Shown here: piece after piece, positions 11,291 to 20,302 of the stretch
Numbering within the stretch: position 1 is the stretch's first letter
Layout: every line of letters begins with the position of its first letter
Origin: Gemmatimonadales bacterium
Lineage (GTDB): Bacteria > Gemmatimonadota > Gemmatimonadetes > Gemmatimonadales > GWC2-71-9
Assembly (NCBI GenBank): GCA_035997125.1
Contig: DASYIX010000052.1
Location: 5,752-69,751 of the forward strand
Direction: 5' to 3'
DNA: 64,000 nucleotides
Position numbers and translations under genes: made by a program
The notes under the pieces: model-generated
Told to the model about the DNA's origin: nothing
The model's database searches: none
What the model saw: the letters and a program-made list of their open reading frames with translations, nothing else

Positions 11291-11413
11291 GCGCTATTGG
11301 CTATTCGCTATTAGCCATTGGCTAGCTCCTCATGCGGCCGTCCTCTGGGGATGACGTCGGAGTATCCACCTCTGGCAATAGCCAAGTAGCCAATAGCCAA
11401 TAGCCAATAGCGA
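11291..11413. repeat. 123-bp palindromic element made of CTATTGG / CCAATAG heptamers (MITE/REP-like)
   Basis: Left arm is CTATTGG CTATTCG CTATTAG CCATTGG (11294-11321). Right arm is CAATAGCCAAGTAGCCAATAGCCAATAGCCAATAGCG (11376-11412). The core is about 50 nt, and the element is visibly less GC-rich than its flanks. Confidence 0.85.
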
Positions 11414-11423
11414 ACAGCCCCTC

Positions 11424-12308
11424 ATGCCTGAGCTCCCCGACATCACCCTGTACCTCCAGCAACTCGCCCCTCGAATCCTCAACCAGCCCCTGGTCCACAT
11501 CACCCTCAAGAATCCGTTCATCCTCCGCTCGGTTGATCCTCCGATCTCCCAGCTGGAGGGGAAGCGGGTGCTTGGCCTCAGCCGGATGGGCAAGCGGATC
11601 GTGATGGCGTTCGAAGCCGATCTGTTTCTGGTGCTTCATCTCATGATCGCGGGACGGCTCCGCTGGCGCGAGCTGGGTGCCAAGGCGGGTGGCAAGCTGG
11701 TGGTTGCGGTTTTGGAATTTCCTCACGGTGCCATGCATTTCACCGAAGCCGGGTCCAAGCGGCGCGCATCCATGCATCTCGTGGCCGGTTCCGAGCGTCT
11801 TCGCGAGTTCGACCGGGCCGGACTCGAGGTATTGGAGGCCGACGAGGCGGCGTTCGCTCAGCGGCTGATCTCGGAAAGCCATACCCTAAAGCGCGCGCTC
11901 ACCGATCCCCGGCTCTTCAGTGGGATCGGCAATGCTTACTCGGACGAGATCCTGCACCGCGCCCGGCTGTCCCCGCTGGCGCTCACGGGGAAACTCACCG
12001 CTGCTGAGATCGCGACGCTGTACCAGGCCACTCGCGCGACCTTGCAGGACTGGATCGATCGGCTGAGCCGGGAGACGGGCGACGCCTTTCCCGAGAAGGT
12101 CACCGCCTTTCGCGAGGGGATGGCCGTGCACGGCCGGTACGGCAAGCCATGCCCCGAGTGCGGCTCTCCGGTACAGCGGATTCGCTACGCCGACAACGAG
12201 ACCAACTACTGCGCTCGGTGCCAGACCGGCGGACGTCTGCTGGCAGACCGGGCGTTGTCCCGGCTCTTGAAGAAGGACTGGCCGCGTTCGATTGATGAGC
12301 TGGAGTGA
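11424..12308 (+). CDS. Fpg/Nei family DNA glycosylase / AP lyase
   Basis: N-terminal MPELPD (catalytic Pro2/Glu3), an H2TH region, and a C-terminal zinc finger CPECGSPVQRIRYADNETNYCARCQ. Confidence 0.85.
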   Translation: MPELPDITLYLQQLAPRILNQPLVHITLKNPFILRSVDPPISQLEGKRVLGLSRMGKRIVMAFEADLFLVLHLMIAGRLRWRELGAKAGGKLVVAVLEFPHGAMHFTEAGSKRRASMHLVAGSERLREFDRAGLEVLEADEAAFAQRLISESHTLKRALTDPRLFSGIGNAYSDEILHRARLSPLALTGKLTAAEIATLYQATRATLQDWIDRLSRETGDAFPEKVTAFREGMAVHGRYGKPCPECGSPVQRIRYADNETNYCARCQTGGRLLADRALSRLLKKDWPRSIDELE

Positions 12309-12311
12309 CTC

Positions 12312-12340
12312 TCGACTTTCGTCACCGTCCCCGCTAAACT
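12312..12340 (+). promoter_or_regulatory. possible sigma-70-type promoter for secG
   Basis: TCGACT, 17 nt spacer, TAAACT. The -10 ends 10 nt before the secG ATG, so the leader is very short. Confidence 0.3.
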
Positions 12341-12350
12341 GCACGCCACT

Positions 12351-12818
12351 ATGTTCGGATTTCTCGTCTCGCTTCTCATTCTCGACGCCCTCCTGCTCTC
12401 GGTCGTGGTGTTGCTCCAGGCCGGTCAGGGCGGGGGACTCGCCTCGCTCGGTGGCGGCGGCACGGACACCGTGCTCGGCGGCCGCCAGGCGGTGACCATC
12501 CTGACCAAGCTGACCTGGTGGTGCGGCGGGATCTTCCTGGTGCTCTCCCTGGCGCTCTCGCTCACGCCGCGGGGCGGCAATTCCAGCGCGCTGCAGGAGA
12601 AGCTTCGGGCCGCAACTCCCGCTGCTCCGAGCCAGGCTCCGCTTCCCCTGGGACCGGCGGCCGAGCCATCCGCGGAAACGCCAAAGGGACCGGCTCCGCT
12701 CCCCTTGGGGACTCCGACCCAGCCTGCTGGCAAGGCTCCAACCGGGGCCGCTCCTGCCGCGCCGAAGCCGACGCCGGCGCCGGCTCAGAAGCCGTCCACT
12801 CAACCACCGAAAAAGTGA
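12351..12818 (+). CDS. secG: preprotein translocase subunit SecG with Pro/Ala-rich C-terminal extension
   Basis: [37 protein letters not shown] is a typical SecG N-terminus, followed by a second TM segment. Residues 72-155 are low-complexity P/A-rich. Confidence 0.85.
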   Translation: MFGFLVSLLILDALLLSVVVLLQAGQGGGLASLGGGGTDTVLGGRQAVTILTKLTWWCGGIFLVLSLALSLTPRGGNSSALQEKLRAATPAAPSQAPLPLGPAAEPSAETPKGPAPLPLGTPTQPAGKAPTGAAPAAPKPTPAPAQKPSTQPPKK

Positions 12819-13972
12819 GAGGGCCGGAGAGCGGGGTCGGTGATCGCCCCGCTTTCGTGTTGCTGGAGGACGGTACCTGGTTCGCCGGCAGCAGCCGGCG
12901 CGCGCTCAGTCCGGCGTTCGGTGAGGTCGTGTTCACCACCAACCTGACCGGCTATCAGGAGACCTTCACCGATCCGAGTTATCTCGGGCAAATCGTGGTG
13001 ATGACGGCTCCCATGATCGGCAACTACGGCGTCAATGAAGAGGACATGGAGTCGGCTCACCCGCAGGTGAGCGGCGTGGTCGTGCGCGAGCTGTCCCGGC
13101 ATTCTTCGAACTGGCGGGCCACCCGCACGCTGGATGAGTGGCTCGCCGCTTCGGCGGTGCCCGCGATCGAGGGGATCGACACCCGCCGCCTGACCCGCCA
13201 CCTGCGAGAGCGCGGCGCCATGCGCGGGGTCATAGCCGAGGGGACCGAGCCGACGCCGGCCTTGTCGGCTCGGCTCCTCGCGTCTCCGTCGATGGAGGGA
13301 CTGGATCTGGCCTCGCGGGCCACTGTCGGCGCGGCGCGCAGCGAAGGTTCGGGCCCCCACGTCGTCGCCTACGATTTCGGGATGAAGCGCAACATCGTAA
13401 GAAGGCTGGTGGGTGCGGGCTGTCGGGTGACGGTGGTCCCGTCGACCACGCCCGCTGCTGCGGTGCGGGAGCTAAAGCCCGATGGGCTCTTTCTTTCCAA
13501 CGGGCCCGGCGATCCCGCCGCGGTGGGATACGCGCTGAGCACGATTCGCGAGCTGGCGGACGCGGGCCTGCCCACCTTCGGCATCTGTCTCGGCCACCAG
13601 CTCATCGGGCTCGCCTATGGCGGCACCACCGCCAAGATGCCCTATGGCCATCGGGGCGGCAATCATCCGGTGCGGGACGTCCGGACCGATCAGGTCCTGA
13701 TCACCACTCAAAACCATGGCTTCGCGGTGGTTGGAGATGAGCGTGGTATTCCCGGAGCAGCGTCACTCCAGGTGACCCACCTGAATCTGAACGATGGAAC
13801 TATCGAGGGAATTCGGCATCGCGAGCTGCCTCTCTTCGCCGTGCAATACCATCCCGAGGCCGCTCCCGGTCCCCATGACGCGCTCCCCCACTTTGCCGAA
13901 TTCATGGAGTTGCTTGGTGTCGGGCCGGTATTAGATCGGCAACCCCTTGACAGACAAGGGTTAAGCTCGTAG
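12815..13972 (+). CDS. carA: carbamoyl-phosphate synthase small (glutaminase) subunit
   Basis: [33 protein letters not shown] motifs. GTG 12815 overlaps the secG stop (GTGA). The track start at 12518 lies inside secG. Confidence 0.92.
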   Translation: MRGPESGVGDRPAFVLLEDGTWFAGSSRRALSPAFGEVVFTTNLTGYQETFTDPSYLGQIVVMTAPMIGNYGVNEEDMESAHPQVSGVVVRELSRHSSNWRATRTLDEWLAASAVPAIEGIDTRRLTRHLRERGAMRGVIAEGTEPTPALSARLLASPSMEGLDLASRATVGAARSEGSGPHVVAYDFGMKRNIVRRLVGAGCRVTVVPSTTPAAAVRELKPDGLFLSNGPGDPAAVGYALSTIRELADAGLPTFGICLGHQLIGLAYGGTTAKMPYGHRGGNHPVRDVRTDQVLITTQNHGFAVVGDERGIPGAASLQVTHLNLNDGTIEGIRHRELPLFAVQYHPEAAPGPHDALPHFAEFMELLGVGPVLDRQPLDRQGLSS

Positions 13973-13975
13973 TAT
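13947..13975 (+). promoter_or_regulatory. sigma-70-type promoter for hup, embedded in the carA 3' end
   Basis: TTGACA (13947-13952), 17 nt spacer, TAGTAT (13970-13975). The -35 overlaps a small hairpin CCCTTG-acaga-CAAGGG (13944-13960). Confidence 0.6.
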
Positions 13976-14028
13976 CGGCCATTGGTGGTCCTCCCTGCGC
14001 ACGCTGTCATAACCCTCCTGGGGGATGC

Positions 14029-14358
14029 ATGACCAAGGCAGATCTCGTCGAACAGGTGACCGCCTCCATCGCCCGGACGGCCGGTCCCATGATCTCGAAG
14101 AAGGACTGCGCCCGCGTGGTCGACGCCTTCCTGGAGGCAGTGAAGGAAGCGCTCAAGCAGCAGCACAACATCGAAGTGCGCGGTTTTGGGACCTTCAAAA
14201 TCCGCCGGCGTAAGACCCGCATGGCGCGGAACCCGCGCACCGGAGATCCAGTGGAGGTAGCCGCGCGTCCTGTGCCGGTATTCAAGCCCAGCAAAGAGTT
14301 ACGGGCGTTGGTGGCGGACGAGACCGGGTCCGAAGCGGAGCCTGCGCAGGGGATGTAG
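14029..14358 (+). CDS. hup: HU/IHF family nucleoid-associated DNA-binding protein
   Basis: 109 aa. MTKADLVEQV, GFGTFKIRRRKTRMARNPRTGDPVEVAARPVPVFKPSKEL (beta-arm signature). Confidence 0.9.
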   Translation: MTKADLVEQVTASIARTAGPMISKKDCARVVDAFLEAVKEALKQQHNIEVRGFGTFKIRRRKTRMARNPRTGDPVEVAARPVPVFKPSKELRALVADETGSEAEPAQGM

Positions 14359-14390
14359 CTCCGCCCGAGTGCTGCATCACAGATGAAACC

Positions 14391-14435
14391 GAGGTCGCCC
14401 CGGGCATCATCCCCCAGGGCGGCCTCACCTTTTTT
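14391..14435 (+). terminator. rho-independent terminator after hup
   Basis: GAGGTCGCCC (14391-14400) pairs with GGGCGGCCTC (14417-14426) with one G-U pair, plus an inner GGG/CCC extension. It is followed by ACC and a TTTTTT run (14430-14435). Confidence 0.8.
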
Positions 14436-14513
14436 CGGACTCCTGCTGTTTCCGTCCCTGGCGTCCGGCGGTAACTTTCACTAATGCCAAATGCTACCGT
14501 CTCGACCGTAACA

Positions 14514-14750
14514 ATGCGCGTCCTCCTGTTTGCGAGCTACGCGGAGACCCTGGGCTTCGATTCCGTCGAAATGACCCTGGACTCCCCGGCGACGGTGGGC
14601 GATGCGCTGGAGCGGCTGAGGGGATTGCCCGGAGGCGAGAACCTTCCTCCCCGGCCGCTCTGTGCGCTCAACCTTTCGCAGGCGACGGTGAACGATCCGC
14701 TCTCCGGCGGGGACGAGCTGGCCGTGCTTCCACCGCTGGCCGGAGGTTGA
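14514..14750 (+). CDS. moaD: molybdopterin synthase sulfur-carrier subunit
   Basis: MRVLLFASYAETLG N-terminus and C-terminal GG, the ThiS/MoaD fold signature. The ORF opens at 14484, but ATG 14514 gives the canonical N-terminus. Confidence 0.85.
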   Translation: MRVLLFASYAETLGFDSVEMTLDSPATVGDALERLRGLPGGENLPPRPLCALNLSQATVNDPLSGGDELAVLPPLAGG

Positions 14751-15187
14751 GCGTGGCTTACCTCACTTCCGAGCCGGTCGCCCTCGGTCCGTTGCTGGAG
14801 TCGGTCCAGTCGCCCTCGCGGGGAGGCGTGGCATGCTTTCTCGGCACCGTGCGCAATCACCATGGCGGCCGCGAGGTGCTCCGGCTCGACTACTCGGCGT
14901 ACGCTCCCATGGCGGAAGCGGAGCTTGCCCGGATCGTGGCCGAGGCAGAGTCGCGCTGGGACGTGGCCGTCGCGGTTCGACACCGTATCGGCAGTCTGGA
15001 GATCGGTGATGCTGCGGTTGCGGTCGCCGTGGCTGCCGGTCACCGGGATGAGTCCTTCGTGGCCTGCCGCTTCGTCATCGAAGAGGTGAAGCGGCGGGTA
15101 CCCATCTGGAAGAAGGAGTACTTCGCCGACGGGACGGTGGAATGGGTAGGGGCAGCGGGGCAGCGGGGCAGCGGGGCAGTGGTATGA
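14747..15187 (+). CDS. moaE: molybdopterin synthase catalytic subunit
   Basis: 146 aa. G..V.F.G.VRN, VPIWKKEYF motif. Positioned between moaD and moaA. The last 12 codons are encoded by the GGGGCAGC array. Confidence 0.85.
   Translation: MSVAYLTSEPVALGPLLESVQSPSRGGVACFLGTVRNHHGGREVLRLDYSAYAPMAEAELARIVAEAESRWDVAVAVRHRIGSLEIGDAAVAVAVAAGHRDESFVACRFVIEEVKRRVPIWKKEYFADGTVEWVGAAGQRGSGAVV
15149..15180. repeat. tandem octamer array (GGGGCAGC) x3 + GGGGCAGT; G-quadruplex-type motif
   Basis: Read directly as GGGG-CAGC repeated. It lies on the sense strand and ends 4 nt before the moaA ATG (15184), inside the moaE 3' end. Confidence 0.9.
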
Positions 15188-16200
15188 TCGACTTGCTCGG
15201 TCGCCCTCTGAGAAGCCTGCGGATCTCCGTAACCGACCGCTGCAATATGCGCTGCCGTTACTGCATGCCGGAGCAGGATTACGTCTGGCTCCCGCGGGCG
15301 TCTATTCTCTCCTTCGAAGAAATCGATCGCCTGGTCGGCATCTTCACGGGACTGGGCGTGCAGAAGCTGCGGCTCACGGGGGGCGAGCCCCTCCTGCGGC
15401 ACGAGCTGCCCAAGCTGGTAGCTCTCGTGCGCCGGCATCCTCAATTGCGCGACATCGCGCTCACCACCAACGGTATCCTGCTGGCTCGGCACGCCGGGGA
15501 GCTGCGCCAAGCCGGCCTCGATCGGGTGACGGTGAGCCTCGATACGCTCCGCGCCGAGCGGATGCTGGAGTTCGCCCGGAGCGCCAAGCATGGCGACGTC
15601 CTGGACGGAATTGCGGCGGCCCAGGCGGCGGGCTTCGGGGCCATCAAGCTCAATGTGGTGGTGATCCGGGGCTACAACGACGACGAGCTGGTCGATCTGG
15701 TGGAGTTCGGCCGGCGTCAGGGCGCCGAGGTGCGCTTCATCGAGTATATGGACGTGGGTGGGGCGACCGAGTGGTCGAGCGCTCAGGTGGTGAGCCAGCG
15801 CGAAATCCTGGCACTGCTGGGCCGCCGCTACGGACGGATCGAGCCAGTCGGTCAGCCGGACTCGGCTCCGGCGGAGCGGTTTGCACTTCTGGACGGAACG
15901 GTGTTTGGGGTCATCGCTTCCACCACGGCTCCCTTCTGCCGGACCTGCGACCGCAGCCGGCTTACGGCAGACGGCACCTGGCTCCTCTGCTTGTACGGCG
16001 AGAACGGCCTCGACTTGCGCGAGGCGCTGCGAGACGGCTCCAGCGATGAATTAATTGCCGCCCGGGTCGCGCAACGATGGAGCGCCCGCACCGACCGAGG
16101 CGCCGAGGAACGGGCCCGGGCTCCCGACCGGGGTGCGTTGTACCAACTGGAGTCTCTCCGTGCCGATCCGCACCGGGAGATGCACACCCGGGGCGGGTGA
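15184..16200 (+). CDS. moaA: GTP 3',8-cyclase (radical SAM)
   Basis: LRISVTDRCNMRCRYCMP (CX3CX2C) and a C-terminal CRTCDRSRLTADG cluster. ATGA overlap with the moaE stop. Confidence 0.93.
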   Translation: MIDLLGRPLRSLRISVTDRCNMRCRYCMPEQDYVWLPRASILSFEEIDRLVGIFTGLGVQKLRLTGGEPLLRHELPKLVALVRRHPQLRDIALTTNGILLARHAGELRQAGLDRVTVSLDTLRAERMLEFARSAKHGDVLDGIAAAQAAGFGAIKLNVVVIRGYNDDELVDLVEFGRRQGAEVRFIEYMDVGGATEWSSAQVVSQREILALLGRRYGRIEPVGQPDSAPAERFALLDGTVFGVIASTTAPFCRTCDRSRLTADGTWLLCLYGENGLDLREALRDGSSDELIAARVAQRWSARTDRGAEERARAPDRGALYQLESLRADPHREMHTRGG

Positions 16201-16718
16201 TGGCGCTTAATATCGCGCTGATCCAGCCTCAGATTCCTCCCAACACCGGCAACATCGCCCGCCTGTGCGTCGCGACCGATACGCCCCTTCATCTCATTGA
16301 GCCGCTCGGCTTCTCTATCACAGATGCCGAGGTGCGCCGCGCCGGCCTGGATTATTGGGATCGTCTGGACCTCTGGGTTCATCCCGACTGGTTTGCGTTT
16401 CGTGACGCGATCAATCGTAGCCGCTGTCTCTACTTCTCGGCCAAGGCGACGCAGAGCTATCTCACCGCACCGTATCGCCCGAATAGCTGCCTGGTGTTCG
16501 GGAGTGAAACCGAGGGGATGCCGCTGCGGATCCTGGAGAAGCACCCCGAGCAGTGCTACACGATTCCCATGACCGGCTCGGTACGGAGTCTGAATCTGGC
16601 GAACGCGGTGAGCATTGTGCTGTACGAGGCTCTCCGGCAGACGGGTCGGGAGTCGGGCGTCGTGAGTCAGGAATCGGGAAGTTCATCTGGCGACTTACTC
16701 CAGACTCCAGACTCCTGA
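16200..16718 (+). CDS. trmL: tRNA (cytidine/uridine-2'-O)-methyltransferase, SpoU/TrmL type
   Basis: IALIQPQIPPNTGNIARLC, LVFGSETEG, SLNLANAVSIVLYEA. The C-terminal ~24 aa are encoded by a repeat hairpin. Confidence 0.85.
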   Translation: MALNIALIQPQIPPNTGNIARLCVATDTPLHLIEPLGFSITDAEVRRAGLDYWDRLDLWVHPDWFAFRDAINRSRCLYFSAKATQSYLTAPYRPNSCLVFGSETEGMPLRILEKHPEQCYTIPMTGSVRSLNLANAVSIVLYEALRQTGRESGVVSQESGSSSGDLLQTPDS

Positions 16719-16724
16719 CTCCCG
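16648..16724. repeat. inverted tandem heptamer element forming the trmL 3' end
   Basis: 5' arm GGGAGTC GGGCGTC GTGAGTC AGGAATC GGGAAGT. 3' arm ACTCCAG ACTCCAG ACTCCTG ACTCCCG. The perfect 9-bp core is GAGTCAGGA (16664-16672) / TCCTGACTC (16713-16721). Confidence 0.85.
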
Positions 16725-16786
16725 GCTATATTGCGGCGGCCTAAGTCCAGGCTCCTCACTCAAGTTGAAATAGCGAGAACGACTGC

Positions 16787-17716
16787 ATGCTGAACAAAGT
16801 TGCGGTGGTCGGGGCAGGAAACGTGGGTGCCACCGCGGCACAGCGGCTGGCGGAAAAAAACCTGGCGCGGTCAGTGGTGATGATCGATGTGGTGGACGGC
16901 ATCCCTCAGGGCAAGGGTCTGGATCAGCTGCAGTCCGGGCCCATCGAGGGGTTCGATACCCGAGTAGTCGGGAGTGGGAGCTACGACGAGGCCGCCGGCG
17001 CGGAAGTGTTTGTGGTGACCGCGGGCATTGCGCGGAAGCCGGGGATGAGCCGGGACGACCTGGTAAAGACCAACGCAGGCATCGTACGCTCGGTCAGCGA
17101 GCAGATCGCCCGGGTGGCGCCCAAGTCGATCATCGTGGTGGTCTCCAATCCGCTCGACGTGATGTGCTACGTCGCCATGAAGGCGAGCCGCTTCCCCCGG
17201 GAGCGCATCATCGGGATGGCGGGTGTGCTGGATACCGCCCGCTACCGGGCCTTTCTGGCCGAAGCCCTCGACATTTCGGTCGAAGATATCCAGGCGATGG
17301 TCCTGGGTGGTCACGGCGATACCATGGTGCCGCTCGTCTCCTACACTACGGTCTCCGGCATCCCGGTCACCCAGCTGATCGATCGGGCCAAGCTCGACGA
17401 GATCGTCACCCGCACCCGGAACGGCGGGGCCGAGATCGTGGCCTTCCTCAAGACTGGCTCTGCCTTTTACGCCCCGAGCGCCGCTGCGGTGCAGATGGTG
17501 GAAGCCATTGCCCTGGACCGCAAGCGGATCCTGCCGTGCTCCGCCTGGCTCAAGGGGGAGTACGGCCTGAAGGATGTGTTCTGCGGTGTGCCCTGTAAGA
17601 TCGGGCGATCGGGCCTGGAGCGGATCATCGAGGTCACTCTCACCGACGCCGAACGGGAGGAGCTGCGCAAGTCGGCGGAGGCGGTTCGCTCTACCCAGGC
17701 GGTTGTGGACGCGTGA
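16787..17716 (+). CDS. mdh: malate dehydrogenase (LDH-like family)
   Basis: [24 protein letters not shown], and the GGHGDTMVP catalytic His region. Confidence 0.92.
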   Translation: MLNKVAVVGAGNVGATAAQRLAEKNLARSVVMIDVVDGIPQGKGLDQLQSGPIEGFDTRVVGSGSYDEAAGAEVFVVTAGIARKPGMSRDDLVKTNAGIVRSVSEQIARVAPKSIIVVVSNPLDVMCYVAMKASRFPRERIIGMAGVLDTARYRAFLAEALDISVEDIQAMVLGGHGDTMVPLVSYTTVSGIPVTQLIDRAKLDEIVTRTRNGGAEIVAFLKTGSAFYAPSAAAVQMVEAIALDRKRILPCSAWLKGEYGLKDVFCGVPCKIGRSGLERIIEVTLTDAEREELRKSAEAVRSTQAVVDA

Positions 17717-17729
17717 GCCGCGCCGGAAC

Positions 17730-18389
17730 ATGAGCCGCTTGCGGTTGCTGTGGGATTCCTCGGTAGGCAAGAAAGTCATCCTGGCGCTCAGCGGGCTGAT
17801 CTGGCTGGCCTACCTCATCACCCATGTGCTGGCCAACCTTCTCGTCTTCCAGGGACCGGTTAAGATCAACGCGTACAGCGCCTTCTTGCACGGCACCGGA
17901 GGCGCGCTCTGGGTGGCGCGGCTGGTGCTGCTTGCCGCCCTGCTGCTGCACATCACCGCCGCCATACAGCTGGCAGCCCGGAGCCAGGACGCTCGCCCGA
18001 CCGGGTACGCCGCCGGACGCAAGCCCCAGGTGTCCACCCTTGCCTCCCGCACCATGCGCTGGGGCGGGGCGCTGATTCTGCTCTTCCTGGTCTTTCACAT
18101 CCTTCATTTCACTGTGGGCACCGCTCATCCTGATTTCGTGGAGGGCAATCCGTATCACAATGTCGCCTCCGGCTTCCACAATCCTCTGGTCGTCGCGTTC
18201 TATCTCATCGCCATGGCAGCCGTGGGTCTTCACCTCTACCACGGGGTGTGGAGCAGTGGACGGAGCCTGGGCATGAGCTCTCCCTCCCCCCATCCGCTGC
18301 GTCGCACGGTCGCATTGGTGCTGGCGCTCCTCGTCTGGCTCGGCTTCACCATCATTCCAATTGCGGTCTACGCGGGGGTGGTCCGATGA
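17730..18389 (+). CDS. sdhC: succinate dehydrogenase cytochrome b558 subunit
   Basis: About 219 aa with five hydrophobic helices. [27 protein letters not shown]. Directly precedes sdhA and sdhB. Confidence 0.85.
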   Translation: MSRLRLLWDSSVGKKVILALSGLIWLAYLITHVLANLLVFQGPVKINAYSAFLHGTGGALWVARLVLLAALLLHITAAIQLAARSQDARPTGYAAGRKPQVSTLASRTMRWGGALILLFLVFHILHFTVGTAHPDFVEGNPYHNVASGFHNPLVVAFYLIAMAAVGLHLYHGVWSSGRSLGMSSPSPHPLRRTVALVLALLVWLGFTIIPIAVYAGVVR

Positions 18390-20302
18390 TGGAGCTCAGC
18401 TCCCGGGTGCCCGATGGGCCGATCGAGCGGAAGTGGCACAAGCATCGCTTCGAGGTAAAGCTGGTCAACCCGGCCAACAAGCGGAAATACACCGTTCTGA
18501 TGGTGGGCTCCGGGCTGGGCGGCGCCTCGGCGGCCGCCTCACTCAGCGAGCTAGGCTACAACGTCAAGTGTTTCTGCTTCCAGGACTCGCCTCGACGGGC
18601 CCACAGCATTGCGGCCCAGGGCGGAATCAATGCGGCCAAGAACTACCGGAACGATGGCGACAGCATCTACCGTCTGTTCTACGACACGGTAAAGGGCGGT
18701 GATTTTCGCTCCCGCGAGGCCAACGTCTACCGGCTGGCACAGATCAGCGTCCAGATCATCGACCAGTGCGTTGCCCAGGGCGTGCCCTTTGCGCGAGAGT
18801 ACGGCGGCCTCCTGGCCAACCGCTCGTTCGGCGGGGCGCAGGTGTCCCGCACCTTTTACGCGCGGGGCCAGACCGGCCAGCAGCTCTTGCTCGGCGCCTA
18901 CCAGCAGATGGAGAAAGAGATCGACCGGGGCGGGGTCACTATGTATCCCCGCACCGAGATGCTCGACCTGATCGTGATCGACGGGCGGGCCCGCGGCATC
19001 GTCACCCGCGACATGGTCACCGGGAAGGTCTCGTCTCACGTGGGCGATGCTGTCGTGCTCGGCACCGGTGGCTATGGCAACGTGTTCTACCTCTCCACCA
19101 ACGCCAAAGGCTCCAACGCCACCGCCATCTGGCGGGCCTACAAGCGGGGTGCAGCGTTTGCCAACCCTTGCTTCACCCAGATCCACCCCACCTGCATTCC
19201 GGTGAGCGGCGAATATCAATCGAAACTCACCTTGATGAGCGAGTCGCTGCGGAACGATGGGCGGGTCTGGGTTCCGAAGAATAAGGGTGACAAGCGGGCG
19301 CCGGCCCAGATCCCCGACTCGGAGCGGGATTACTACCTGGAGCGGAAGTACCCCAGCTTCGGTAACCTCGCTCCGCGCGACATCGCGTCCCGGGCCGCCA
19401 AGGAGGTCTGTGACGAGCTCCGGGGTGTGGGGGAGAGCGGGCTCGGCGTGTATCTCGATTTCGCGGATGCCATCAAGCGGGTGGGGGAGCAGGCGATTCG
19501 TGACCGCTATGGCAACCTGTTCGAGATGTACCAGCGGATCACCGACGAGAACCCGTACGTGTCGCCTATGCGCATCTTCCCGGCCGTGCACTACACCATG
19601 GGCGGGCTGTGGGTGGACTATAACCTGATGGGGACCATCCCCGGACTCCACGTCATCGGCGAGGCCAACTTCTCCGATCACGGCGCCAACCGGCTGGGCG
19701 CCAGCGCCCTGATGCAGGGGCTGGCCGATGGCTACTTCATTCTCCCCGCCACCATCGGCGACTATCTCGCCTCGTCCAAGCTGGCCAGGGTGGACCCGAG
19801 CCACCCGGAGTGCCGCAGGGTCGAGGAGCAGGTCGCGGCCTACACCCGCAAGCTGCTGGACATCAAGGGCACCCGGACGGTGGACTCGTTCCACCGCGAG
19901 CTGGGAAAGCTGATGTGGGATTACTGTGGCATGGCGCGCAACCGATCCGGTCTGCAGAAGGCGCTGGAAAAGATCCCCCAGCTCCGGGCCGAGTTTTGGC
20001 GCGATGTGAACGTGCCTGGAAGCGACACCGAGCTGAACCAGGCTCTCGAAAAGGCTGGGCGAGTGGCCGACTTCCTGGAGCTGGGAGAGCTGATGTGCCG
20101 CGACGCGCTCCACCGGGAGGAATCGTGCGGCGGGCATTTCCGGGAGGAGTTCCAGACCGAGGATGGTGAGGCGCTGCGCGACGACGAGCACTTTGCCTAC
20201 GTCGCAGCCTGGGAATACAACGGGCCAGACCAGGCCCCAGAGCTACATAAAGAGCCGCTGGAGTTCGAGTACGTACACTTAGCCCAGCGCAGCTACAAAT
20301 GA
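18386..20302 (+). CDS. sdhA: succinate dehydrogenase flavoprotein subunit
   Basis: [14 protein letters not shown] fold, [28 protein letters not shown] overlap with sdhC. Confidence 0.95.
   Translation: MMELSSRVPDGPIERKWHKHRFEVKLVNPANKRKYTVLMVGSGLGGASAAASLSELGYNVKCFCFQDSPRRAHSIAAQGGINAAKNYRNDGDSIYRLFYDTVKGGDFRSREANVYRLAQISVQIIDQCVAQGVPFAREYGGLLANRSFGGAQVSRTFYARGQTGQQLLLGAYQQMEKEIDRGGVTMYPRTEMLDLIVIDGRARGIVTRDMVTGKVSSHVGDAVVLGTGGYGNVFYLSTNAKGSNATAIWRAYKRGAAFANPCFTQIHPTCIPVSGEYQSKLTLMSESLRNDGRVWVPKNKGDKRAPAQIPDSERDYYLERKYPSFGNLAPRDIASRAAKEVCDELRGVGESGLGVYLDFADAIKRVGEQAIRDRYGNLFEMYQRITDENPYVSPMRIFPAVHYTMGGLWVDYNLMGTIPGLHVIGEANFSDHGANRLGASALMQGLADGYFILPATIGDYLASSKLARVDPSHPECRRVEEQVAAYTRKLLDIKGTRTVDSFHRELGKLMWDYCGMARNRSGLQKALEKIPQLRAEFWRDVNVPGSDTELNQALEKAGRVADFLELGELMCRDALHREESCGGHFREEFQTEDGEALRDDEHFAYVAAWEYNGPDQAPELHKEPLEFEYVHLAQRSYK

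Noticed and set aside
11331-11402. 23-codon ORF (MRPSSGDDVGVSTSGNSQVANSQ) inside the core and right arm of the heptamer palindrome
   Set aside because: It has no Shine-Dalgarno, runs into repeat sequence, and has no conservation evidence. It is probably a fortuitous frame within the element.
13944-13960. Hairpin CCCTTG-acaga-CAAGGG at the carA 3' end as a terminator
   Set aside because: It has only a 6-bp stem and no T-tract, and it overlaps the -35 box of the hup promoter. It is more likely incidental or part of promoter architecture.
14359-14513. Possible molybdenum-cofactor (Moco) riboswitch upstream of moaD
   Set aside because: The position is right for a Moco RNA, but the region is largely taken up by the hup terminator. 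I could not find the conserved Moco-motif elements from memory. A covariance-model scan would be needed, so it is not claimed.
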